64,000 bases of DNA from Octopus sinensis (taxonomy: Eukaryota): positions 49,724,001-49,788,000 of the forward strand of contig NC_042999.1 of the NCBI RefSeq assembly GCF_006345805.1, given 5' to 3'. Below, in pieces: positions 1-11,080 of this stretch. The translations under genes were made by a program, and so were the position numbers. Position 1 is the first letter of the stretch, and each line of letters opens with the position of its first letter. The notes under the pieces are model-generated. The model searched no databases, was not told the origin of the DNA, and was given only the letters and a program-made list of their open reading frames with translations.

Positions 1-619
1 AAGATGTCAAAATGAAAGGCGAGTTTCAGTGAATAAAATGTGATCTAATAATTGTTACATTTAAATAGTTATAAAAATTAGCAAATAGCTAAATATCAAA
101 CATACTAATTAACAGAGAATATATAATTATGTCCAATATTTTTCCATCATTTGTCTATGGTAGTTATAGTACAATAAATAATAAGGGTTCTGAGAAATTA
201 GTTCCAATGAAATTAAAGCACAGCAAGTGTTTGTGTTTATTAATATGGATTAAAACAAATGAAATTACTTTGTAATAAAAAGAGCAAAAGCAATGAAAAT
301 TTAATTCAAATTTATAAGACTATTACAAACTCAGATCCACTTTCCTTAATTAAATACATGAGTATCACCGTGGTTTTACTCCTCTTGCCACTAGCTTACA
401 GACAGCTGAAAGAATGATCGTTTCAGTCTTATTAAAAATGCTGCTTATGTCTCTGAGAAAGATAATTTACTCAGTAGTTCAGTTCATCTAATCTACAAAC
501 AAGTAAACTTTGAGGCAAAGTCAATCAATGGAGAAGTGAAAACTACTCCAGTTTATATTTTGTTGGCTTTTCAGGGAAGTTCTAAAATTGGGATCAGGAA
601 ATAATTGACCATACGGCAA

Positions 620-1380
620 TTACTGACACTCTACGAAGCTCAGCTGAGGCCTACACTGGAGTATTGTCCTACATCTGGTGCTGCTACATGCGGAGACATC
701 CTTGACAGCATAAAATCACTTAGAGACATGTTCTAGTCTGTAGCTCACAGGAGGTAATATTCCCATGAAGGAGGTTGGTGTATACACACCAATCTCCTTC
801 CCAAAACATAAAACATACACTGAAGAGAGCATGCCAACATACAACAAATACAAGGAAAGCTGAAGCCAATATCAAAGCATCAACATCAGAAATTACCAGA
901 ATAAGCTGGTCACTGTTATCAAGAAGACAGAAAGATCATTTCATTCCTCCTCTAGTGAAAGCTAACAGAAAGAGTCTTCTTGAGAAATCTCACTTTTCTG
1001 AATGTTTTTGTGTTCCACTCAGGAATTTCCATTGCTGAACTTGGAGTTGCAATAAAAGATAAAGAGTGTGAAAGTCAATAATACTGTGAATCCTGACCAG
1101 ACTGGATTGGCTGTTCAACCACATTGAAGGACGATGATGAATATGTCCTCTCTGTCTTTTCTACTGTACAATAGGTAGAAATGGTTCATGCCTCCTCAAC
1201 TCAGGCACACCTGACTCATTAGTCTCTCGTTCTCCCATCACCTATATTATTTCCAACTGTCAGGTCTCTACACAATCCATTATTCCCAGACCATCCTCCT
1301 TGAAACATCAGCCCTCTGGAATATCCTTCCTGTTCAAGTCTTTCTTGTGATATTGACTAACAACAGTCTAAATGGAACAA
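620..1380 (+). mobile_element. Decayed L2/Jockey-type LINE 3' fragment
   Basis: Broken reading LYEAQLRPTLEYC at about 630-670 and a later SALWNILP-like segment typical of LINE ORF2 C-termini. Many stops; boundaries approximate. Confidence 0.5.
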
Positions 1381-2599
1381 TAACGGTGTTCCTATCACTA
1401 GTCTCAGATGGCTTACACAGACCACAGGCACTATCTCTTCCTCCTGACCCAGCAAATGAGGAAAAAATTGCAGAGCATTACTGACTGAATAAATGTAGAT
1501 GGAATATGTAGGAGAATGAATTGCAGATAAAAATTTTGATTAATATTATAGCCAATGAAATCTGTGTAACTGTATCACTTCAACTCTGACTGTTCTCCAA
1601 GATACAGAGACAAAATGAGTGAAATCAATGATCAGAAGTAACTGGAGAAAATAGAGAATATATTGCTTTTGTTGTGAAAGCTATGATTACTGCAAAAAGT
1701 ATCATTAGACTGGAATTTCTTAGTTGTCTGTGAATATTTCTTTCCCACACCAAATTAATGATGTTGATGGCTGCACTTATATTAATTACTTTAGAGGAAA
1801 AAAGCCATTTCTTTGTTATAGTAGAGTTACAATTTGTTTAAGAATATTTTACAAAGTAATGGGTGATGACGAAGTAAGAAAGAAAGAGGTAAAATCCAAC
1901 ATGAGCATATCTCTAATGGGTAACGCTTAATGAATGTAACATCAAAAAATAACAAAACCTGTTTGCCCTACTTAAATGATCGATACCAAAGACGATCCAA
2001 TCTTACTTCACCGTACAACGGGTGTCCAACTATAAAAACGGCTTTCCATTGCAAACAAAAAATTCCATACTAGCTTGCAAAAATGGATGTAAAATAGGAA
2101 AAGGAAAGAAAATTCAAAATTATTGCTTTTGGTTACCTCTTTCTCATTGGAATTCATAAATTCAATAACATATGCTGGAAACTATTTCCATGTTATCTTT
2201 ATATTTTCTTTCCATAACAAAATATATTGTATTTATTTACGAATGCACATTTAGATAAGATTCCCTGCTATATACTTATCTATTTATATAAGATCTCCTC
2301 TATTGTTAGTAACATCTGGAGCATTATGAAAAATATACTCAACGTTTTATTTTTCTATTTATCAAAGATGATATAATTATCTATAGCCTGCAGATAGAAG
2401 TCTTGTCACAGATGTATTATATCATTCGTTTCTAAGATTTTACTTAGCCAAAGGTTAAGTTTCTACTTTCACTTTTATAGCTAATTGGTTAGTGTCAAGG
2501 CTGTAAGTCAACTATAAAAATTTTCTTAACAAAAAAAAAAAAAAATTCATAAAAAGCAGTTCCGTTCAAACCAAGCATGGAAACCAAATGTAAATAGGT

Positions 2600-2998
2600 G
2601 CAGGAGTGGCTGTGTGGTAAGTAGCTTGCTTACCAACCACATGGTTCTGGGTTCAGTCCCACTGCGTGGCACCTTGGGCAAGTGTCTTCTACTATAGCCT
2701 CGGGCCGATCAAGCCTTGTGAGTGGATTTGGTAGGCAGAAACTGAAAGAAGCCCGTCGTATATATTTATATATATATGTATGTGCATGTTTGTGTGTCTG
2801 TGTTTGTCTCCCCAGCATTGGTTGACAACCGATGCTGGTTTGTTTACATCCCAATAACTTAGCAGTTCGGCAAAAGAGACCGATAGAATAAGTGCTAGGC
2901 TTACAAAGAATAAGTCCTGGGATCGATTTCTTTGACTAAAGGCTGTGCTCCAGCACGGCCACACTCAGATGACTGAAACAAAAGAGTAAAAGAGTAAA
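2600..2998 (+). mobile_element. tRNA-derived CORE-type SINE (family B), full length
   Basis: Head gcaggagtggctgtgtggtaagtagc, CORE-like gcaccttgggcaagtgtc, internal TA/TG tract and (aaaagagt)n tail. More than 10 copies in the window. Confidence 0.85.
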
Positions 2999-3096
2999 TA
3001 TGTTTCTATATTTTTGTGTTGAATTATTGGAGTAAATTTATTCTTTGTGAACCATTGTTTGCTTTTGTAAGCATGTTTTACTTTTATAAGTGCCAT

Positions 3097-3299
3097 TCTC
3101 TTTCTCTCTTTTATTTGTTTCAGTCATTTTGACTGTGGCCATGCTGGAGCACTGCCTTTAATCGAGCAACTCGACCCCGGGACTTATTCTTTGTAAGCCC
3201 AGTACTTATTCTATCAGTTTCTTTTGCCGAACCGCTAAGTGACGGGGACATAAACACACCAGCATCAGTTGTCAAGCAATGTTAGGGGGACAAACACAG

Positions 3300-3334
<35 letters not shown>

Positions 3335-3505
3335 CATATATACGACAGGCTTCTTTCAGTTTCCATCTACCAAATCCACTCACAAGGCTTTGGTCAGCCC
3401 GAGGCTATAGTAGAGGACACTTGCCCAAGGTGCCACGCAGTGGGACTGAACCCAGAACCATGTGGTTGGTAAACAAGCTACTTACTACACAGCCACTCCT
3501 GCGCC
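3097..3505 (-). mobile_element. SINE family B copy
   Basis: Reverse complement of 2600-2998; the two copies form an inverted pair about 100 bp apart. Confidence 0.85.
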
Positions 3506-3948
3506 ATGCTGTAAAGTGGTTCATCTTAGGAAGGGTATCCATCTGTAGAAACCATGCCAAATCAGTCATTTGACCATGGTGTAGTTCTCTGGCTTGCCTG
3601 ATCCTATTGAACAATCCAACCCATGCTACTATGGAAAATGGTTGTTAAATATTGATGATGATAAGTATGGAGGTGCCCCAGCATGGCCACAGCTCATGAG
3701 CTGAAACTAGAATCAATCAATCAATATTTTAAAATTTGTCTTTAGATTTTGTTATCAACATAAATACATATTTTCATTGAGCTGGAATTGAACTCAGTTA
3801 TTTGAAATGTAGATACTTAAAATATTTCATCACAGTATTGTACGTGAAGCCAGCCCAAGCCACTTTAATTGAATTATAACAAAACAGCCTGAAAGAGACA
3901 GTTCTATATTTAAGAGATGAGGAATTATGTACATTATTTACATTATTC

Positions 3949-4251
3949 ACATTTGACGGATATTTGTTCTCATCTTGTTTGTTGTTAACACAATGTTCCA
4001 GCTGATATACCCTCGAGCCTTCTTCAGGTGTTTGGAGGAAATTTTGAAACCACGGGCATAGTGGTTAAAAGCACAGGCTCTTTGATTCCAAGCAGTGACC
4101 TGAACAATAATAATAATTTTTTTTTTTAAATCTTAGGAATGAGAACCCAGATACGAAATTTACCCAAAGCACCTGAAGAAGGCTGGAGAGTATATCAGCC
4201 GAAATTTTGTGTTAACAACAAACAAGATGAGGACAAATATCAGTTGAATGT
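3949..4251. mobile_element. Inverted pair of Penelope-like terminal repeats with hammerhead-like cores
   Basis: About 100-bp arms 3949-4051 and 4149-4251 in opposite orientation. Each has a CTGAAGA - stem - G(A/G)AA motif. Confidence 0.6.
4173..4213 (+). ncRNA. Degenerate minimal type I hammerhead-ribozyme-like motif
   Basis: agcac CTGAAGA a ggctg-gagagtatat-cagcc GAAA tt tt gtgtt. Core, 5-bp stem II and stem I pairing are visible; the stem III palindrome is damaged. Confidence 0.5.
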
Positions 4252-4667
4252 AGATAAAGCCTGAAAGAGGTTTGGCAGAATATTCCTATTATTGTAATTT
4301 AGGTATTGCCTTCATATATGTTAGTATTCACATGAAATATACATCTATAGGTATGATTGTGCATGTGAATATACACACACACACTATAACACTTGGTCCT
4401 TGGCTACCTTTAGCAGAGTTCACATGGTTGCAAGCATCCTACAAGTCTCAAAAGTCTTCTTGTATACTACTCCTACCTCTTTTAAGAGATAAAAGGTTGT
4501 TAGGATAAGAAGAGTCTTGTCAATTATTAGTCCTTTTATCACTTACCAGAAGAGTTCCGTAAATTTTGTTTTTACACTTATTAGAAGATAGAGTTTCTTG
4601 TTACTTCAGAGAACATTTAACACACTTTGCCAAACAGCATAATATATTTGTTTAGAGATATAAATTA

Positions 4668-5044
4668 CTAGCAGTATCGCCCGGCATTACACGAGTTCGT
4701 TTCAACCCATTAGAATTGGAATTTTTGAAAAGTAAAATTTTGCATTATGTAGCTTGTTATTCTCTTTAAGTGAACATTTTTCTGGTTGAAATACACCAAA
4801 AATGGCGACACAGCAGTAAAAAATAGTGATTTTCATAGAAAAAAAAGCACCTTTTTGATGTAAATAATTTTTGGTCTTAACGTGGTCCAATTTGAATTTT
4901 ATCTTCTATGGAATGAAGAGCAAGCCTTCTTCTATCATACTCTCAATTTTGGTCAACTTGCACCGCAGGGTTCTGGAGGACATAGTGTTAGTTGAAGGCT
5001 ACCAAACCTGCCACACACAGACAACTTCACTTTATATATATAGA
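4668..5044 (-). mobile_element. Non-autonomous Helitron
   Basis: On the minus strand it starts TCTATATATATAAAG and ends CTAG, between host A and T with no TSD. A degenerate GC-rich hairpin lies just upstream of CTAG. Confidence 0.7.
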
Positions 5045-5984
5045 TTTCACCAGAAAACTGAACTTTTTCACAATAAAATCTGTTTGGTGAAAACAAAATT
5101 GACTTGCCAGACATCCAAAATGTTTTCCAATTCAACAATAGTTTGTTATTTCTATTTTTGTAAAGTATAACATAATAATAATAATAATAATAATTAGACT
5201 GACATTGTAAGATTTAAAACACCTACAAATTCTTTTTATGATTTTTGTTTAGAATACTGAATTTTTGAAACAGATTCTTTTCCATTTCCTTATTGATCTG
5301 GCAATTTATGATGGATGGACTGCATTGCTATATAATTTCCATCGACTGCTGACAAAAGATGACGGCTTGGCTGGCTGAATAACCCTTGACTTGTCATAAA
5401 TCTATTGCAAAATTACAAATTAACTTGATTCAGAACACCTTTAGAAATTTCTTGTTTCATATTTATTCCTATTTGCTGATATGTTCGGTTACCATTCACA
5501 TTAGAATTAGGTTCGGTTATTGTTGTGCCTGAAAAGTGTTGTTAATGAGTATAATATATTTATTCTCCTCACTAGTATTCATATTAATAATAGAACCATC
5601 AAATATAGAAATCATTCTGTTTGACTTTGAATACTGTGCCATATTTTCTTTCCTTTGAATTCTTGCATCTAGTCGGTCAATAAAAATTCCATATCTTTAC
5701 AATTATGGCAATATAAAATAGAACAAAAGAAAAAATTTCTTTGATTGCTATATCTCTATGGAATTTTAAAAGGGTTTAATCTTAATTTGTCAAATATGCA
5801 ATATGCAATTACAAAAGAGGGAAGTTACCATTATCCTGAGCAAATAATAAGGAAGACCACACATATTATCTTGTTCTAATTTTCTCATTATTTTAGCAGC
5901 ATAAATCATTTGCAGAGTTAGGGTTTGATAGAATTACTCATGAGTTGAAAATCAAATTAAAAAAATAGCTTTTAATATAATTGG

Positions 5985-5985
5985 A

Positions 5986-6027
<42 letters not shown>

Positions 6028-6048
6028 ATGTATATATACATGTGTGTG

Positions 6049-6081
<33 letters not shown>

Positions 6082-6294
6082 GTATGTATAGGTATGTATG
6101 TATATGCATCTATGTATATATATGTATGTATATTAGAAGAAATGAGGTACTCAGAAAATCGGATGGTTTATATTTACAGATATTTATTTGTATATTACAT
6201 TTTTTATATATATCATATAACTTAGATCATGTATTTGCACTTTCTCCCATTCTAGTGGGGTTTTCAAATCAAACTAAGTTCTTGTGTGAGGAGT

Positions 6295-6356
<62 letters not shown>

Positions 6357-6410
6357 TGCATGTATGAGGAGTATGTTTATATATATATGTATTTATATAT
6401 ATGTATGTTA
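5985..6410. repeat. Compound (TG)n/(TA)n/(TATG)n microsatellites
   Basis: Directly visible, including a pure (TA)n run at about 6297-6352. Explains spurious ORFs 5988..6419 and 5992..6225. Confidence 0.95.
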
Positions 6411-6814
6411 CTTTCATAACATGATCCATTAGTTTGATATCTCTGTAGTTGCATTTTTTTGATGTTGTTGTTTAGAGTATCTTTGCCTTTATAACAATGC
6501 ATAATGACACTGTTACTCAAGACACTGGGCATGCTTAATCTCTGTACTATGTGATTGATTATGTGAGTGCTTATTTCTATCCCTTCTTTTGTGTATTAAT
6601 GTTTACCTCCCGGATGTTTGTTGACATATCTGTGAAGAGCAAATATTCTGACAGCTCTGTATTTTTGAAGATCTTTAGAATATAAATGTTCCTACTTGAA
6701 ACATGACTAAAAAGAAAATAGGTGAGGATTAGCAAACAGAAATAACAATGCCTTAATAATATATACTTGTTTAATCTATGTTAGCATGTTTCATCCTTTA
6801 GAAGGAACAGTTGT

Positions 6815-7110
6815 TTGTTCCTTCTCGAGCCACGCTTGGCTCATAAGGGCCGGTTTCCCGGTTTCCTTGGCGTGTAGGTTCCCCACCTGGATGGGACGCC
6901 GGTCCGTCGCAGGTGAGCTACTAGATACAGGAGGAAAGAGTGAGAGAAAGTTGTGGCAAAAGAGTCAGCAGAAATTTGCCGTTACCTTCTGCCGGAGCCG
7001 TGTGGAGCGTAGGTGTTTTGCTCATAAACACACACATCGCCCAGTCTGAGAATCGAACCCACGATCCTTCTACCGTGAGTCCGCTGCTCTAACCACTAGG
7101 CCATGTGCCT
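6815..7110 (-). mobile_element. tRNA-derived SINE (family C)
   Basis: Minus-strand head ggaggcacatggcctagtggttagagcagcggactc with A/B-box-like motifs. Near-identical to 41860-42150. Confidence 0.75.
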
Positions 7111-7300
7111 CCATGTTAGCATGGGGGGGGGGGGGGGAAGTAGACTGAAAATGAATGAAATTACATATAATTCTATGTTGTTTCCAGTGTACATGTTTGC
7201 TTTGTCAGTTATTGAAAACTTCCTTCCATATTGGTATAAAAATTTTTGTGTTTCACTGCTTCCTGTGACTCTGATGTCTCACAATAATAGCTCAAAAGGA

Positions 7301-8036
7301 TTGGGTTGTCTGGAAAGTTCATACCGATTTATAGTAGTTTTCCTTTCAACTTAATTTAGAACATGGTTGGGTCCATAAAATAGGATTTGGCTACACTTCC
7401 ATTTAGAGCACAGTTTAAGCTATCTTTTTGTGGAAGAAGGTTTATGTTCCTATAACCTGTGTTAATTCTGTAACCCTTTACAATGGAAGATAAGAAAGTT
7501 CATTTTCGGCACTTGATGCTTTTCTTTTTCCGTAAAGGGAAAAATGCCTCACAAGCAACTAAAGAAATATGCGCAGTTTACTGTGACGTTTTTTTATCCG
7601 AAAGAACTGTACGGAAGTGGTTCACAACGTTCCGAGCTGGTGATTGTAGCTTTATTGATAAAGAGCGATCAGGCAGACCATCCACTACAGATAATGACCA
7701 AATCAAGTCATTAATTGAGAATAACCCAGATTGCACAACCCGAGAATTGGCAGAAAGCCTCAACCTATCAAAATCCATCGTTCATGAGCACCTGGTAAAG
7801 CTTGGGTACACAAATCGCTACGATGTTTGGGTACCACATGAGTTGGGTCAGAAGAACCTTTTCGATCGCATTTCCATCTGTGATTTGCTTTATAAACGAT
7901 ATGAAAACACACCTTTTTTAAAGCAAATTGTGACAGGTGATGAGAAATGGATTATCTACCTTAAAAAAGTCTTGCTTTGTGTCTGGTGGGATTGGAAAGG
8001 AATTCTGTACTATGAGCTTCTCCCAAGTAACCAGAG
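7301..8036 (+). pseudogene. Mariner (mellifera-like) transposon relic: 5' TIR plus truncated transposase
   Basis: TIR ttgggttgtctggaaagttc at 7301. ORF 7483..8118 has HFRHLMLFFFRKGKNAS, RSGRP, WVPHEL, TGDEKW and VWWD. About 25 aa are missing after KWIIY and the rest of the catalytic domain is lost. Confidence 0.9.
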
Positions 8037-8039
8037 AAT

Positions 8040-8615
8040 TATTGCCCAAATGCAGATTTTTCCCTTGGCAATGCATGTGTCAACTTTATCAACCTTCAGC
8101 AGTGATAATTGGTTCTAGATACAGCTTCTGTGGGGTAGGTTGATGCATGACCTCTATTTTCTGAGTACTGATTATGAGGTCAAAGGTGTAACAGGCAGGG
8201 AAAAAACAGTTCATGCTCTACTGCATTTGGGCCTCAATGGCAGTATTGAGTATGCACTCCTCTGCAAACAGAAAGTCATGCACTGAGTCTTCTATCTTGG
8301 TCTTGGCCTGTAGCCTCTGCAGGTTAAAGAGTCTGCCATTAGTCCTGAATTTGATCTTGATGCTGGTTTTGTCATCAACGTAGAAGGCATCCAACTGGCT
8401 AAGGACATCATGCTGAACAGCATAGGTGTAAGTACACCACCCTGCTTGACTCCATTAATGACTAGAAATGTATCGGAAGAATTTCCACTGCCTAGTACTT
8501 GAGTATGCTGTCATGAAACTGATGCACCATGTTGATAAATTTGTCCGGGCAGCTGACCTTTCCCACGATTTTCCAAAACCCCTCACAACTGCTCAATACC
8601 CTATGATGATTATGA
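8040..8615 (-). mobile_element. RTE/BovB-type LINE reverse-transcriptase fragment
   Basis: Manual minus-strand translation gives NGVKQGGVLTPMLFS and KFRTNGRLFNLQRLQAKTK...DFLFAEEC (degenerate FADD). Frameshifted. Confidence 0.8.
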
Positions 8616-8773
8616 TGATAATAATAAATAAAAATTCCTAACATAAGTAACAAAAAAATAAATCTGGGAGGTGGGGTTAGTTGATTAAATTATCACACTC
8701 CAGAAGAGTGAAAAATAAAAAGCTGATCTCAGTCAGATTTGAACACACAATGTAAAGAGGGAGAATAAGTATC

Positions 8774-9342
8774 TATTTCTTTATTGCCCACAGGGGGATA
8801 AATATAGAAGGGATAAACAAGGACAGACAGAGGGATTAAGTCGATTACATCGACCATAGTGCATAACTGGTACTTATTTAATCGACCCCGAAAGGATGAA
8901 AGGCAAAGTCAACCCTGGCAGAATTTGAACTCAGAACAAAACATCAGATGAAATACCTATTTCTTTATTATCCACAAGGGGCTAAACATAGAGGGGACAA
9001 ACAAGGACAGACATAGGTATTAAGTCAATTACATCGACCCCAGTGCGTAACTGGTACTTAATTTATCGACCCTGAAAGGATGAAAGGCAAAGTCGATCTC
9101 AGTGGAATTTGAACTCAGAACGTAACGGCAGGCGAAATACCACTAAGCATTTTGCCCAGCATGTTAACGATTCTGCCAGCTTTCCGCCTATTTCATCAGA
9201 TGTGTAACTGGTACTTAATTTATCGACCCTGAAAGGATGAAAGGCAAAGTCGACCTCAGTGGAATTTGAACTCAGAACGTAACGGCAGGCGAAATACCAC
9301 TAAGCATTTTGCCCAGCGTGCTAACATTTCTGCCAGCTCGCC
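8774..9342 (-). mobile_element. Tandem cluster of family A tRNA-derived SINEs (headless + full + partial)
   Basis: Repeats of the reverse complement of ggcgagctggcagaaacgttagc...cctttcggggtcgataaattaagtaccag...aaagaaata. Confidence 0.85.
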
Positions 9343-9346
9343 GGTA

Positions 9347-9563
9347 CCAGAGGGGTCAGAAAAGTAACTGGCTTCATGTAAAAGAAAATACAGGAGGATC
9401 AGTTAATTATGATTTTATTCAATATATTCCTCTCTCACATTCATACACTCCTTGCAGCAGTCCTTCAGTTTTTTAAGCTATGTAAAATAACTCAGAAGGT
9501 TGAGCCCTCCAGCCAGGTCTTTCACGATACCCTTAAAACCAGGACCTTTTCAGTACCCTCTCA
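9347..9563. mobile_element. Mariner-like MITE
   Basis: Imperfect TIRs (ccagaggggtcagaaaagt / accttttcagtaccctctca) flanked by TA on both sides. Confidence 0.5.
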
Positions 9564-9699
9564 TATTTTATCAGATGTTCTGATGATTCGACCAATCTAC
9601 TATGCTAAACATTTCTACACAAAGTTGGAAATTTCGGGAAGCAAACTGATTAAATTTATTGCAATACTTCACTGGTATTTTATTTTTGGCACGTATGGC

Positions 9700-9880
9700 A
9701 TGTAAAAGCACCCACTACACTCTCAGAGTGGTTGGCCTTAGGAAGGGCATCCAGCTGTAGAAACTCTGCTAGATCAGATTGGAGCCTGCTGCAGCCATCT
9801 GGTTTGCCAGACCTCAGTCAAATCCTCCAACCCATGCTAGCATAGAAAGCAGATGTTAAAGGATGATGATGATGATGGAA
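9700..9880 (+). mobile_element. RTE-tail-derived SINE/LINE 3' end (family D)
   Basis: aagcacccactacactc...aggaagggcatccagc...ccaacccatgctagcat ending in (gat)n. Other copies at about 20670-20900, 33440-33710, 48230-48700 and 50296-50592. Confidence 0.75.
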
Positions 9881-10293
9881 GGATGGAAAATAAAACTTGT
9901 CTCAAAGAGATTTAAACTCAGAGCACAAAAGATGCAAAATAAATTCTGCTAAGCACTGCTCTAATTATTCCACCAACATATTGCCTTCAGAACATAAAGG
10001 GATATTAACAAATACAGTAGGGATTTTTATCAGATGTTTTAATGATTCTTTAAATTCTTCACTCTAAAATTAGTGAATATTGAAAATCTTTAACGATCAT
10101 GGTGAATATTTTTTTTCTCTGTTATTGGAAAATTCTCTGATGCATCTAAGCTGTGAGTTGTTAATGAATGTTCCAAAATATTTTGTGTAATTTAGGTGAG
10201 GTTTCAATCTGAAATAAGAAAGAAATGTAAAAGGCATATCAACTCAAAAGATCTTTTCATTTCGAAAATTAACCAGATCATTTTATTAAATGA

Positions 10294-11080
10294 CTAGCTT
10301 AAGGTTACCGGCTCTACGTGTGGGTGTGGTTGTTACTTTCTGTTGCTTCCTTTCTGTTTCTTATCGCCACATTCTCTGTTTCTCTCTCCTTTCTCTGTCA
10401 CTTTCCCAATCTCTTACTCTTCCTTTCTCTTAGACTCTCCTTCGCTTTCTCTTACTCTCTATCTTTATCTACCTCTCTCCCATTTATAAAAAACAAAAAG
10501 ATCTTGAGTAAGTTGAGAAAGGAAATATTTTGAAAGATCAATCATAAATATCAGGCAGTGACAACAGAAAGCACACTTGCCTTTTCTATGTGCCACTATT
10601 TGAGCGATTAAAAATAAGGAAAAAAGGATTTCTTTGTTAAATTTAGAACTTATTTTGGGAATTTTTTGACAATTGACCATGCAAATGAAAGCTCTAAACA
10701 CGGGCTACATGCAGCTGTAAATTTCTTTCAGAAAAAATGAAAACGGTAAACAACAAAAAATAAAAGGCAAAAATACCTAAAAATGAGAAAGTTTTTCAAC
10801 TTCAAAAATCTTGCCTTAATTTTCAAAATTTTAAACCCATTTTCCGTGCTTAAATTACAAATCTGCTTCCACTTTACCATGTTGAAAATTTGATTGAAAT
10901 CAGGCAAAAGGTGTCCAATCTAGACCCCCAAGTGTCCCCCAAAATCCATAAAATCCTCGTTTTCACACCAAAGCAACAACTGTAGCACCCAAAACTTCTC
11001 CCAATCAATTTCTCATCTCATGTTACCCCCTCCTGTAAATTTTAATCCCCTTCCAGCCCCATTTAGACCCCTTTTTACAT
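10294..11080 (-). mobile_element. Helitron-like non-autonomous element
   Basis: Minus-strand 3' end CTAG|T with a decayed GC hairpin. Both ends are shared with the 24137-24670 copy. The 5' TC terminus is not visible. Confidence 0.6.

Noticed and set aside
1859-1880. ATG GGT GAT GAC GAA followed by GTAAGA (actin-like MGDDE start)
   Set aside because: Only five codons, and no downstream plus-strand exons were found.
6815-7110. tRNA-like heads here and in other SINEs as tRNA genes
   Set aside because: No complete cloverleaf; they are heads of dispersed SINEs.
7483-8118. Possible active or domesticated transposase
   Set aside because: It lacks the second and third catalytic aspartates and the 3' TIR, and its last 28 or so codons are read-through into a LINE fragment.
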